Source: Leucoraja ocellata | Lineage: Eukaryota | DNA length: 64,000 nucleotides | Direction: 5' to 3' | Assembly: GCA_036785375.1 (NCBI GenBank) | Contig: JAWMAR010000165.1 | Location: 4,588,001-4,652,000, forward strand | In this document: in pieces, positions 47,467 through 61,309 of the stretch | Layout of the letters: every line of letters starts with the position of its first letter | Position numbering within the stretch: position 1 is the first letter of the stretch | The notes under the pieces: generated by a model | The model's input: the letters and a program-made list of their open reading frames with translations, nothing else | Databases searched by the model: none | What the model was told of the DNA's origin: nothing | Translations under genes and position numbers: made by a program

Positions 47467-48709
47467 TGAAGACTTTGTTCGTTTGAGAGAGCCAGGCAGG
47501 AATCTCTGGAGACTCTCTGGGTCTGAACTTTTCAAGGACGAGCCCATTTCTTGCCGTGTCGCTCCTAATCCTCGCCCCTTTCATGGTCATAGTGATGTCT
47601 CCAGGACAGGAGGGAGGCCAGCAGTGTCGCACGGAGAGAGCATCTCAGCTGGAGGAACGCTTCTACATTGGACGTTGGAGTTTGAGCGGCCAGTCATGGG
47701 TTCTGAAGGTGCTTGGTCCCATAAATGGCAAAAAAACGTACTTATTAACGTGCTGCTCCTGATTCCACCAAATCTCCTCCGTCTATCGTACCGTGGAGCT
47801 TCTAGTATTAGCAGAAGCGGATATCACATGAACGAAAGTGTGGTCTGGTGTGTTCATGACACTGCGAATACATCAGCTCCACTCATCTAATGAACTGATC
47901 TAATTCTGGTTCATACTTCATCTTGGTTAGCATGGATGTGTTGGGCCGAAGGGGCTGTTTCCGTGCTGTATGCCATATGGAAATGATTTCCAATGTAATC
48001 TACTCCAGGATAAATCAACACAAGACCGTGTGGTGCCCTGCAACCGTGTGTGTGTGACCCAAATTATACGGTGAGATGCAACCTCGCAGTTCTTGAAGAT
48101 TCATAAATCTCACTGCTGCCAGCTTTCACTGAGGCTCTTTGAACTCAGTGGTTGTGGTTGCCTCTCCAGGGACAGCATATACACTGTTGGGTCCGGAAAC
48201 CAGAAATACCGTCAGGGCAGATATAATAATAAAAAATCAAAAGCTCGCTCATGCTGGCAATCTGAAACATCATAGCCGCCATGCTGAGAGCTTCTTAACT
48301 CGGCTTGGGGATGCATTTTTATTTTGGGAGGTGAAATCAGACTTGGCAAGAGTAAATTTGTTAAATACCTTACTCAGCTTCCTCATTTTCTTTCTCATTT
48401 GTGTCCAAGCATGTGGTAATGAAAAGCAACAGATGGGACTCCAGGGACTGCACTTTGCCGGAAGCCTACAACAAATAAAAAATGGGAATAATGCTGGAAG
48501 GGTGAAAAAGAATGGTTGATGGTTGGCACAGAGTCTTCGGGCTGAAAGGTCTGTTTTCATGCTAGGTCTCTCTAAGCTTCTATCACTCGGTAAATCTTCT
48601 CCCTGCCTTAAAGGGGGAATAAGGATGGCTTGTTAAAATTTGGAGGTGTCCTTGATAGAGTTGGTTACATTAAAGAGGTCAGCATCTTTACCAAAACTGG
48701 AACAATGTC

Positions 48710-49245
48710 AGCAATTTTGGGCTCCATATCTGAGGAAGGAAGTGCTGGCTTTGGAAAGGAGGTTTACAAGAATGATCCTGGGAAGATTGGGTTAATGTTG
48801 AGGAGCGTTTTGATGGCTCTGGGCCAGTATTTGCTGAAGTTTAGAAGGATGAGGGTGGATCTCACCTACCTAAACCTACCAAATAATAGATGGCCTAGAT
48901 AGAGTGGATGTGCAGAGGATGTTTTCAATAATGGGTTCTTCTAGAACCCGAGGGCACAGCCTTAGAATAAAAGGACGTAGCTTTGGAATGGAGATGAGGA
49001 GGTATTTCTTTAACTAGAGGGTGGTGAATCTGTTAAAGTCATTGCCACAGACAGCTGTGGAGGCCAAGTCATTGGGTATTTTTAAAGCAGAGGTTAATAG
49101 GTTCTTGATTAGGATGTTAAAGGGGTGAAAAGGCAGGAGAGTGACGTTGAGAGGAAATATAGATTAGCCATGATCAAATGGTGGTGTTGACTCAATGGAC
49201 TGAATAGCCTACTTCTACTCCTATGGCCTATGATCTTATGGTCTT
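48710..49245 (+). mobile_element. CR1 3' fragment
   Basis: Similar to 44678-45192. Confidence 0.8.
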
Positions 49246-50242
49246 TATGCTGTAAACAACACATGGAGTGGCTGGTTTAAGAGGCTTAACTGGGCACAGC
49301 AGAGGAGACACTCACCACAGTTTTACTGATTCAGACCCGCACATTCTTTGTAAAATTATTTACATTGGATGAGTGCAGTATCTAGAATATCAGCTGAATT
49401 GGGAAACTGTGAAGAGTATGTACAGCCATAAAGTGGGCACAAGATCTGTAATATCTCCTACACTGAGCTTGTTATTTCATTCCCTCACACTACAACAGAT
49501 ATTGAAAGCGAAGCAAACTTTTCACAAAATGCATTTTGCTTTTGAAGATAATTATGCCACAATACAAATACAGCCTTTTACACCACAACCTCTCCACGAT
49601 GTTTATTTGTCTTTTCCTTTCTTCAACTGAAGATTTATTACCCTGGTTTAATGTGTGCACAGCTACGATCATTCACTTTGGATGTCGCCTCACTGGATTG
49701 CAGCAAGTATTTACACGGTTATTGCTACACGCCTGAGCTGTTGCTCATGTCAGGTGGTTTGCACCAAGACATCACTCAACTCTACCTGCTCCTGATTGTC
49801 ACACTGCTCTCCCCTCTGTCTGTGAATTGTCCTGTGGCTACAGGATTTCTGTTTCTTTGACCACCGGTGGAAGGTTTCTTGAAGAGCACCCACCAGTGCA
49901 CGAAAGGCTGTGTACTCAGGAAACATGAAGACTTGCAAAATTCCCTTTGCTCCTGAACTCTGGTCCCAATTATTCTGCTCGTCTGCATATTAACCACTTT
50001 GTTGGGCGATAGTTTCTGATTCCCAGGTATCTATGACACAGGCATACATACACCTTACTCCACGCTTCTCTAAAGATGTTGAACGTGTCATCCAAATGCT
50101 ATTTGCATAGGCTGTAAGTAGAGCTAATTGTTTTATTGTAAGTGTCATGGACGAGAATTGATGGGTTTTCCCAGGACCGAGTGCATCATTATCTACTGAA
50201 GTCTAGCACGTTTAGGTTTATTGTTGTCACATGTACCGAAGT

Positions 50243-53200
50243 ACGTGAGTGACTACATGAAGAACCCCGCCAGAACGCATGCGTGCCATATCGCTACACG
50301 CATTGCAACGAGTCACAGCAGGGGGAACGACGTTCCCTTAGCGGCAAAATTTGAAAGCCGGGAACAGCAGGTAAGGAGGACCTTGACATAGAGGGAAACC
50401 CTGGGGCTCATTAAAGCAACGTCTAAAAACTACTTCCTGGGGAATGCACTAACCCTCAACACAGACCCAACTACAGATCCAGACACCGGCACCTCAACGT
50501 CCACAGAGGATGCCGAAAAAGTAACAAATCTACTAATAGTAACCATGGAGGAAGAAGTATAGGGTTATACCATAGAATTTTTCAAAACATAATCCTCCAG
50601 TTCAGCATGTACCGAACTGAATGTTCATGCTTACAGGTAAAGAAATAATCAAAAGCGCATACTGAACTACAGTGCCCAAATAAAAAAAAAGGGTAATGGA
50701 GGACATCCAACATGAATCACAGGAATTCGTGTCCAAAAATCTTTATCATAAAATAGATGGTGGTTGCCACGTCATCATAGATTTGACTAATTTGAATACT
50801 TTCGTACTTTATATTAATTACTAGATGGGAACCTTTGTTACTGCAAAGGTATTGATCCTAGGTTACTACATGGCAAGCATCGTATTTAAAAAAAAAATGC
50901 TTACTATACAGTACCCATTAGAGGTGACCACAGATGTATTTAACACAATGGATAAGGGGGAAATCCTTTAAAACCGAGATGAGGAGAACTTTTTTCACAC
51001 AGAGAGTGGTGAATCTCTGGAACTCTCTGCCACAGAGGGTAGTTGAGGCCAGTTCATTGGCTATATTTAAGAGGGAGTTAGATGTGGCCCTTGTGGCCAA
51101 GGGGATCAGAGGGTATGGAGAGAAGGCAGGTACGGGATACTGAGTTGGATGATCAGCCATGATCATATTGAATGACGGTGCAGGCTCGAAGGGCCGAATG
51201 GCCTACTCCTGCACATAATTTCTATGTTTCTATGTTTCTATGTAATGGATCATCTGCGGTTTCACTCTTAACTCAGCTCACATGTCAGTGACTTTATCGT
51301 AAGAAAAGGTTACAGCCTAATGGAGGCTTGGAGTAAACTAAACCATCTAAACTAAATTGTGTTCCAGCCACATAAATCGGACCTTTACATTATCAAATTA
51401 CTGAGCGCAAACATGCGAGCACTCAAAAATTATGAGGGTCATTCTGACAGACCAAAGAAGCTACCAACAGAGGCCACAATGGTATAAAAATGGTGGAAAC
51501 ATAACATTAGGCATTGTTCCAATCCAAACATTAACAGCTACCCGTCTATGGAACTACATACTGATGGGCACTTGGATGGGATGCTACCAATTCCATCTCC
51601 AGCTGTGGAGGAGATGGAATGCACAGGAGGCATCATTACATATGCTGGGCATAAATACCTGGGAAAGTTGAGTGCATTCCATGGCTTTAAGTCATATTGT
51701 TCTGGGTTATATCACCAGTATGTTAGACTACTAATTGACTACACCACCGTGGTAGCCTATGTCAACCATATGGGTGGAAACATATCGACATCATGTGACT
51801 ATCTGGCCAACACAATTTGGCAATAGTGTATCCAGAAAGATATTAGGATATCAGCTACCAACTTACTAGGTAAACTGAATTTAGTGGCAGACAACACGTC
51901 ACGCTAAGTCTATGAAAACACTGTATGGATGTTGGATAAAAAAATGTATTGCTGGAAATACAGCACGGTATGGAACACCAGATAACGACATATTCACATC
52001 CATGCTCTCACCAGTTATCGAATTAGGTTCTTGGGAACCAGAACCTGGGGCAGTGGTTACAGATGCATTTTCGCTGCATTGGGGATTATTTATGCATTCC
52101 CTCCTTCTGCCTCATCAGTCGGGTATTTAGGAATAAACAGTAGACTCCGCGTCTGGTATTTTCATAGTACCCGATTGGCCTACTCAACCATCGGTGATAT
52201 CGACATGGTTTTAGAACCATGCATCACCATCCATCATAAACCTAATTTACTGGTTCTTCCCGCAACAAGGGGAGTTACCCATGTCATAATTATATAAACC
52301 TATTATCTTATAGAGTTGAAAGCATCTCTACTACACCTGGGACTGACGGACCAAACAGTGGAATTATTTCAGCGGGCCACAGACAGTCCACCAAAAAATC
52401 AGTACTTGGTGTCATCAAGAAATGAGAAGTACTGTCACAACAATAAACATCACCCACAGATCTATGAACATCCCGTCTGTTCTGGAATTCCTGGCAAGCC
52501 TCTATTACGATGAGGGGCTCAGTTATACTGCCATTAACTGCGCCAGAAGTGCTCTGTCAACATACCTGGCGCAAGGAACAGAGCAGCATTCTGTTGGGAC
52601 ACACACCCTGGTAACCAAACTCATGAGGGGCATTTTAATATTAATTCCCCAAGAACCAGGTACTCCCAAATATGGGATGTGAGTATTGAACTGACCATGT
52701 TAAGAATCTGGTCTCCATCTACAGCTCTGTCCCTACAGAAACTGACTATGAAAACAGTCATGCTGATGGCCTTGGTTACGGCACTAAGGGTCCAGTCATT
52801 ACAGAAACAAAGGTTGGACAACATGATTATTTCATCTGGAAATTTAACGTTTCACATCAATGAAATAGTCAAACAGAACAGACAGGGGTCAGCAGGCCTA
52901 AAAACAGAATTTAGGGCCTACCCGACAGATGGTCGTCTCTGTATTGTAACACACTTACTATTATATATGGAGTATACTAAGATCATCAGAGGGAAAGAAA
53001 TGTCACTTTAATCAGTTACAAACAGCCACTCAAAACAGTGACAGTCCAGACCATCTCTAGATGGCTAAAACAGGTCCTAATAAAGGCTGGAGTAGACACT
53101 AGCATTTTTAAATCTCACGCCACCAGGGCTGCATGCAGCTACATCGGCAGCTATGAAGTTGGACGTTCCTATGGACCAAATCCTCAAAACAGCAGGATGG

Positions 53201-53764
53201 TCAACGGAGGAAACTTCCCAACGACTTTATAACAATCCAGTCATTGAACCTGGAACATTTTCAGAAACAATTTAAGTTCTGTAATATAATTTCCCCCATA
53301 AATAGGGGCAATAATTGGTGTTAATATTTTACCGTTGAGTTTCAATATCGTATTGATGTCTAATGATGTTAACTCTATTCTCCCCAAAATCAAGGCAGAT
53401 GAGATGCATGGACTCGTTCCACGGCATGAAATCACAGAGCTTTAAAATCTTCACGTAGTCACTCAAGTGACTCCGAAGTAAAATAGTAAGATTAAATGAG
53501 AACTTAACAGTTTGAAGTTTGATCTTTATTTTATGAGGAGTAACGTTGAGGGAATACGTGCCCCCTTGATCATATCCTGAACTGGTACCTCTTCTCTAAT
53601 CTTACTATGTTTAGTCATTACAGTTATCTGTGATTTCACACCGCTGCTTTGAAGAATGACACGCATGCGTCCTGGTGGGGTTCTTCACGTATTCCCTCAA
53701 CGTTACTCCTCATAAAATAAAGATCAAACTTCAAATTGGTAAGTTCTCGTTTAATCTTACTATT
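50243..53764 (+). mobile_element. DIRS1-type retrotransposon copy D (gag and RT core deleted, CR1 inserted)
   Basis: Left ITR acgtgagtgactacatgaagaaccccgccag; RT, RH, MT and YR remnants highly similar to copy A; ICR 53448-53560 pairs with the right end 53686-53764. Confidence 0.93.
50954..51243 (+). mobile_element. CR1 3' fragment with (TTTCTATG)n tail inserted in DIRS copy D
   Basis: 7-bp TSD AATGGAT at 50947-50953 and 51244-51250. Confidence 0.9.
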
Positions 53765-54725
53765 TTATATGCTATCCAAACAGATCAGATGTACTATAGA
53801 TACAATCAATTCAGACTCAAGTACAATAGATAGAGCAAATGGGAAGACGGGGCACAGAATATAGTTCTTAGCATTGTAGTGCATCAGTTCCTCAGTCCAA
53901 TGTCCTCAGCGAGGTAGACAACACACAAGCTTGTGGAAGGACCATGCAGAAACCTGATAATGGAGGAGAAGAAGCTGCTCCTGTCAGGTGGTGCACGCTT
54001 TCAATCCTGTATCTTCTGCCATATGGGAGTGGGGAGAAGAAGGAATTACCAGAGCGGGATGTCTTTGATTAGGTTGGCTGCTTTTCCAATGCAATATGAA
54101 GTATAGATGGAGTCAATGGTGGGGAGCCCGTTGTTTGTGATGAAAGAGCTATATCTACAACATTGCATATTAACCACTTTGTTGGGAGATAATTTCTGAT
54201 TCTGGTCCTGGGCAGAGCTGTTTCCTAACCAACCTATGATGCAAGTTCCTGCAGCTATCCCTCTAAAGTTGTGGTCACTGCAGCGAAGCAATGTTCTGTG
54301 TGCTGCTGCTGCTGCTATATTGGGAATGATAGAGAAGCAGAATGTCTCCAGACCGATCTAAACAGCATCTGTGGGTGACATGTTCTGCAGTGTAGGGTTG
54401 TTATGAGTGCACTGGTTAAATGCCTGCGCACCTGGGCACCCTGCAAGGTGGGCCGATGTCCAGCCCACCTCGAACTGGGGATAGTTGGATGGAGGGGGGG
54501 GGGGGGGGGGGGGGCAATGGGTGACCTCTTACCTCAGCAGCGAGCAACCTCTCTGAGGCAAAGAATGCAGTCTGAAAAAGTATTCCGACCCAAAACATCA
54601 CAAATCCATATTCTCCAGACCTGCCTGGCCTGCTGAGTTACTGCAGCACTTTATGTCCTTATTTGTAAACCAGCATCTGTATTCCCTTGTTTTTATTCTT
54701 CTTATGCATTTTGTATTAATGCATT

Positions 54726-55035
54726 GGGGCACCAGAGTGGTGCAGTGGTAGAGTTGCTTCCTCACATCACCAGAGACCCGAGTTTGAACCTGATTACGGG
54801 TGCTGTCTGTATGGAATTTGTACATTCTCCCCCTGACCTGTATGGGTTTTCTCTGGGTGCTCTGGTTTCCTCCTACACTCCAAAGATGTGCAGGTTTGTA
54901 GGTTAATTAGCTGCAATTAAAATTGTAAATTGTCCCTAGTGTGCAGGATCATGTTAGCATGCAGGCTGATCGTTGGTTGGTATGGACATGGTGGGCCAAA
55001 GGACCTGTTTCCGCACGGTATCTCTGAAGTCTAAA
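54726..55035 (+). mobile_element. tRNA-derived SINE (HE1/V-SINE-like)
   Basis: tggtgcagtggtagagttgct..gagtttgaacc, central domain, CR1-like tail. Confidence 0.8.
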
Positions 55036-55160
55036 AGTGTAAAAGACCAATGTTTGCAGGGAAACTGAGTAAGTGAAGGTTGGCTGCCTCCTGAGTTACC
55101 AAAGCCCATGGTTTTCAGATGAGATTGAAAATCCAGTCGGGATAAATTAGGCATGTTGTA

Positions 55161-56218
55161 CGGTGCACAACCTTTTATCCGAAAGCCTTGGGACCAGACA
55201 CTTTTCGTAATTCGGAATTTTTCGGCTTTCCGATTTTAACGGCTGGCTCAGTGGTAGAGTGCTCGGCTCATATCCGCAAGGTCGCGAGTTTGCGCCTCGA
55301 TCCCGGCAGTTACTCGATCGCGAGTTTGAGTCTTCAATGTAGTTTTTTCTTGCAGAATAGGAGAGAATAGGGAGGGTTAGGCTGGATCATTCTCTGCGAG
55401 ATGATCTTAGTGCGGGAGACAAGTGTAGGAGAGGTGTACTGACTGTGTGGGCAGAACTTTGGAAGTGATTGCCCACCATTCTCAAAAGCCGCTGTCTCCC
55501 TGTCCCTCCAACTCCAGAGGAATCCGCTCCCCGATGGGCCGCAATGGCGACAAGTGGCAGTTCGCCCACAGCCCGAGCTGCGCCACCCCAAGAACAAGAC
55601 GTACCTTGCACACCATCAGCTTCTGCCCCTATGGGGAGCGTGTTCCTCTGGAGTTGGAGCGGGGCTGGGCTGGAGTTGCTGATCTGAGATCTCCGTGTTT
55701 GCAGTGGGCCTGGGGGTCGGTGTACCGATGAGGGGGCGCAGCTCGGGCTGTGGGCAAACTGCCACTTGTGGCCATAGCGGCCCATCGGGGAGCGGCTTCT
55801 GGTGGTCCTGACGTCTCTCAGCTCCTATCCAGGGGGGTGGCCGGAAACGTCAGGACCAACAGGAACCCGCTCCCCGATGGGCCGCTACAGCGACAAGTGG
55901 CAGTTCGCCCACAGCCCGAGCTGCGCCCCCTCATCCACAACCCGGGTTCCTCTGGAGTTGGAACGGGGCTGGGCTAGAGTTGCTGCTGGCTGTGAGTCTC
56001 TGGGATCTTCGTGCTTGCAGTCGGTGTCCCGTTGGTCCTGACGTCTCCGGCCACCCCCCTGGACAGGAGCTGACAGGACGTCTCCGGTCACCCCCCTGGA
56101 CAGGACGTCTCAGCTCCTGTACAAGGGGGTGGCCGGAGACATCACAGCCTGAGCTGCGCCCCCTCATCCGCAACCCCAAGAACAAGACGTACCTTGCACA
56201 CCATCAGCTTATGTCCCT
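55161..56218. mobile_element. Composite pogo/Tigger-like non-autonomous element (one TIR seen) with a tRNA-like segment and GC-rich internal repeats
   Basis: TA followed by cggtgcacaaccttttatccg..ttcggaatttttcgg; ~60-bp unit ccgctccccgatgggccgc..aagtggcagttcgcccacagcccgagctgcgcc at ~55524 (+), ~55735 (-) and ~55867 (+). Confidence 0.55.
55241..55300 (+). pseudogene. tRNA-like (CAT anticodon) remnant
   Basis: D arm GCTC-AGTGGTA-GAGT, anticodon arm CGG-CTCATAT-CCG, T arm CGAG-TTTGCGC-CTCG; no acceptor stem. Confidence 0.55.
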
Positions 56219-59206
56219 GGTCAGGTGAAGGAAAGAAGGGGACTTGGTGGAAAGCAAGCCTCAAGAATCGGATATAGGATGGCAGGATCACGTCAGATGG
56301 AAGAGAGGAGAGGGATCTGGGATGTACTGCCTGAGTTTGTGTTGGAGGCTGGCATTCTTACGACATTGAAGAAGTACCAAATCAGCACTTGAATTGCCCG
56401 TGCATAGGATTAATATAGATAATGGCCCCGCATGCATGCTAAGGGCCAAAGGGCTGGTTTCCATGCTGCATGCCTTTATGACTCCACAACACTGGTGTCG
56501 GCGTCTGCTGCATTGTCTTTAACTTTGGAAGGGCTCTCCCTTAAGATGTTCTGATATCTGAAAGTAGAGGAATGAACAGCTCTTCTTGTAACCTTGAAGC
56601 TCCAGCAACCACAGAGTTGACAAGTTTGTCATTAATGGATACAGGTATTTGTCAGTTTGATAAATTTCTGTCAGTGTGAGTTGGCTGATTTAAATTCCAA
56701 GAGTCATATAAAGGCTGTATTGGGCATTTAGGTCCAATATTGCAACATTGCTGACATTGGTGCATTGTCCTCTGAACACCAGCCCGCATTACTTGAGCAG
56801 ATATATCAGGTCAGCTGTCAAATGCAGGGGAATGATGGCACCAGCATGCCTGCACTTCTGAAGGCAATGTTTGATTAACTGACAGGATGACGGCTCTGAG
56901 TGTGAATCCATCAAAAAGTCTCAGTTCTTTGTCTTTGGAACAGATTGTTTATAATAGTTACACTTCAGAAAACAACAGTTTGATAAAGTACCTGGATAAC
57001 ACTATCCGCATTCATCACAAGAAGTAGCCTTTAATACAATTCAGCGTCAGGCCACTCCCCTGATCTGGCAATGAATCAGGTAATTGTAACACAGGTGCTG
57101 ACTGCATGATGGGAAATACCTCAGTCAGTTCACAGTGCATATGCTCCCTGGTGAAATGATGAAACATATTTCTTGTGGGTCTTTGTTAACATACTTGGGT
57201 GAATGTAACTCCTAGGTTTTTCTGGGAATATAAAGGGCATGTGTTCAAACCCATGCAACATAATACACGTCATGAAATATGTGCAGATCTTGTCTTTGAT
57301 TGCACGTGTTCTCTAACGTTACACGACAACAGCATTCCAATACGGGCTGCATCACAATATTTCTCAATGCACAGCTGCACCTATTGAAAAAAATAATTTT
57401 GTGTTGATTTGTTTGGACATTTTCTGTTGTCTCCCCTGTCTCCCCTCCCCCCCCCCCCCCCCCCCCCCCCCCCATGTGATAAACAGGTCCGGGAGATTTG
57501 ATCGTAAGGGATCCAGGGTGAGCCGAGCATGGAATACTGTGGTAGAGGGAATCAGAGGGTGGTGATGGAATGTTGTTATTCAGATTGGAGGCCTGTGACC
57601 AGTGGTGTGTTACAGGTTACAGTGCTGGGTGTACTGCTGTCTGTCATCCATATTAACTATATCAATGACAGTGTAGTTGGCATGATTAGGAAGTTTCTGA
57701 TTTATACCAAATCAATGGTGCAGTGGAGAGTGAAGAAAGTTGTGTAAGATTACAACGGATCAACTGACGGATGGACTTTTAAATCAGAGAAATGCCAAGT
57801 GATGCGTTTTGGAAATTAAACCAGGCCTGAACTCACACGGTAAGTGACAGGACCTTGGAAAATGTTGTAGAACAGAGTAACTGAGAGGTTCTCTGAGAAT
57901 GGCGACATACGTAGGCAGGGTAGTGAAAATCGTGAATGGTACACACAGCCCTCCGCCACCACCCTCTAACTCATACCACCACGCCAAGCTTGCATTCGGC
58001 TGGCTAGCTCACTTTGGTTTAAAGCAGGGCTATCAAACTACCAGCACCAACCCCCCTCCCCCTTCCTCCCCGAGGCACGGCACACACCCTCCCACCCTCA
58101 CCTCCGGTGGCTCTATGTCCGTCGACCGCTCTGTTCACCACACCCCATGGAGTTTTAACCCCAGCCCGGAGCTAGGAGCGGACCTGGTGAGTGGGGGCGT
58201 TGGTGCCGCCTCCGGAGTCTACTATGGGAGGGGGAACACCCCCTCCCACACCCTCCCCCCCCCCTCGGTCGGTACGCTCCCTCGCGATTTCTCACTCTCA
58301 ACTCTCACCCAGTGTTGGCAGCCCTAGTGAGACTCAATTCTCCATGTTCTTAATCAGTCCTTGCCTTTCCAAATGTTGGTAGATCCTGTTCCTCAGAATG
58401 CCCTCCAGGAAATATTGTTAAATTCATACATTTAAACAGTCACAGAATTATACAGGACAGAAACAGGCCCTTTGGCCCACCGCGCCTATGCTGACATATT
58501 TTTTCCTAATCCCACTTGCCTGCATTAATTCCATATTCCTCCCTGTCCTGCACATTCAAGGACCTGTCCAGGTGCCTCTTAAATATTATTACTATACCCA
58601 CCTTCACCACTTCACCCCAAGTACCAACTATTCTTTGTGTGAAAACGCTGCCCCTCAGATCTCCATTGAACCTCCTCCCTTTCATCTTAAACCTGTGCTC
58701 AAGTTTTAGATATCCATGCCATGCAAAACAGGCACCAGGTAACCTAGCTACGTTTTACTTTATATACCTCTATCATGTCACCTCTCGGACTCCTTTGCTC
58801 CAGAGTCAGTCTATACAATCTCTCCTGATAACTCAAGTCCTTCTGGTCCAGGCATTGTCCTTGTGAATCTTTTCTGTGCCCTCTCTAGTTTAATCACATA
58901 CTTTCTATAGAAGCACAAGGAACTGCAGATGGTGGTTTACAAAAAAAAAAATTGGTATCATCCACCACCCTACCCATGTCAATCCTCCTTGCTGGAGTAA
59001 CTCAGCAGGTTAGGCAGCATCTTTGGAAAACAGTTAGTGATATTTCAGTACAGGACCCTTCTTCAGGTATTCTCTACAGTTGTGCTGGCCAGAACTGCAC
59101 ACAATAATCCAAGTGCAGACTATCCAACGTTTTGTATGACTGTAATATGACATCTGAACTCCTATACTCAATGCCTTGGATGAAGTCAAGCATACCATAC
59201 ATCTTT

Positions 59207-60241
59207 TAGCAATGTTACAAAATTTTGAGATTTAAAAAATCAAGTCTGCAATTTATCCCATCAGATAAAGCATAACAATAAGTTTAATTTGACACCTAAT
59301 TCACTTTCATATCTCAAGTAATAAAAAAGTTATGGCCATTTTCATACTCGGAAATTAGCATCTTGTTCCCTAATGATTTTCTATGGACATAACAAAAAAG
59401 CTGTGATCGTGGACAGTCAAAAGCCCATAACCTTCTTAAAAATTAAGAGAACTGAATGAAATTTTCAGTTATCATAGATTGAAGCATTTTGAAACAAATA
59501 TAAAATAATCTTACTTGGATGACCTGAAATTAAAGCATATAATTAGTTAGTTACCCAATTGTAGCTAATTTCAAACTTCAATCACTAGATCTAAACATCT
59601 ATGCATTTCTTAATAAATGATTAACATTTTTAAATAGCCCAAGTGTCCAAATAACATTCACAAATAATTCACAATAAAACATGATTTTTAAATCTCATTT
59701 ACATCAATTTATAGGCCAAATGGAAGGAATTTAGTGTTCATTTGCTGTAAATTAAAGTCAATTTAAATCGGATTTCTAGTGGGTTCCTGTGAATGCGCTG
59801 GTTTAGAACGTTCACATTGCGCTGGATTTGTGCCCTCAAATGCCCAGAAAAATACTGCGGGATATAAAGAGCCCAAAATGAACTACTCGCTATAGAAAAC
59901 TTTATATACAGGGTTAATTACAAGCCCCATTTAATGTAAAAATAAGGTACATACCTTTAATTGTTTGCTTTATAAAACCCTGGGGCTGCGAGAGGTTGCG
60001 GAGTGAGAGAGTAATTTTTAAACTACTATAAATATTATACAAGGCCATAAAAACTAATAATACCTTTTGCGACGGGGTCTTTCAGCGATTTTCCGTTAAT
60101 GATTTACTAGGCTGAACATTTTCGATGCAGCCTAGTAAAAATCGCGTTTTAAACCCGCCCCCTCTAAACAGCGCCAAAATCACACACACGGGGTAGGGCA
60201 GATGCTCAGCCACGATTCAGGTAGGTTTTGTAACATACGTA
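59207..60241. mobile_element. ~1-kb AT-rich non-autonomous DNA transposon
   Basis: TIRs TAGCAATGTTACAAAA / TTTTGTAACATACGTA; flanking duplication (A)CATCTTT; no ORF. Confidence 0.75.
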
Positions 60242-61309
60242 CATCTTTCTATTTATATTTTAGATTGGTCATATTGGAAGAAAATGAATGCTTCAGGAGA
60301 ATATAACATTAACTATTTCAAAATATCTTTTCACGATGACAGTAAAAATAGGGAACCCACAAAATGCAATCCGGTGATCAAAACAGATGACACTAACTGC
60401 TAATGTTGTCTGTCTGTCCACAGGACCCAGCTTTGACAATGGAGAACTGCTAAAGGCACCAGGAGGTGGCTACAGCAATGGTGGAGAACGGAGAGTGAGT
60501 GTAACACTGCGACATCCACACCAGAGGGAGTGGGTACCATTGGCCGTATCAACCCTCTCAGATGCTCCATGGCAGGCAGAGGGTCAGGTATGTTGTACTC
60601 ATGTACGGTAAGATCTACCTGCATAAGCAAGCAAAACAAAGCTTCTAACTGTGTCTCGGTACATGTACAATAATAAATCAACATCAATACTGTGTGAGGA
60701 CTTGCTTCACTGCAGGACATTTGTGCCACTTTGCCCAAGAGCCACAGAGAGAGGCAAAGTGCAGTCAGTAATTCGAGAGGTTGAACTTGAATCCTTTTTT
60801 AATTCTGCGCCCAAGGAAAGGGTATATTGTACCTTCGCACTTCTCCCAGAAATATTCCCCGGATCTGGCTCTGATACCAGGCAAAGTTCCCTCTGCACAT
60901 TTGACATCATACATTCAGAGGGCAAGTGTGAAGAGATCAGACGCTTCAAGGTAAAAATATTATGTGCAGACTAACAGTCGCAGACTTGCTGCTGGTCTCG
61001 GCAAACCTCTAGAGCAGAGACTGGAAAGAGACAGAAGGAAAAGAAAAGATAATATTTACTGCCACTTTCAACAGATGCTGTGGTTTAGTGGGCTAACCGT
61101 CTGCTCAGATTGCACAGTGGTGGAGTCCCTGAATCACAATCCCATTCCCAGATACCCAATACTCACCAGGGGGCTGGCTGTGTGGAGTATGCACACTCTC
61201 CTTCTGACCACATGTGTCTCTCTCAGGACCAATAGACGACAAGGTACGGCATGCTGGCTATGGGCAATGTTTGAAGAGTGCGCAGCCTGACTGTGCAGCC
61301 TGCCTCTCT

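Noticed and set aside
46460-47690. Old RTE-like LINE around the Penelope insert as the partner of the ribozyme elements
   Set aside because: Only a weak gaagaag end and faint protein similarity; too degenerate to call
58025-58326. hAT-like MITE (cagggctatcaa / ttggcagcccta)
   Set aside because: TIRs are imperfect and there is no matching 8-bp TSD
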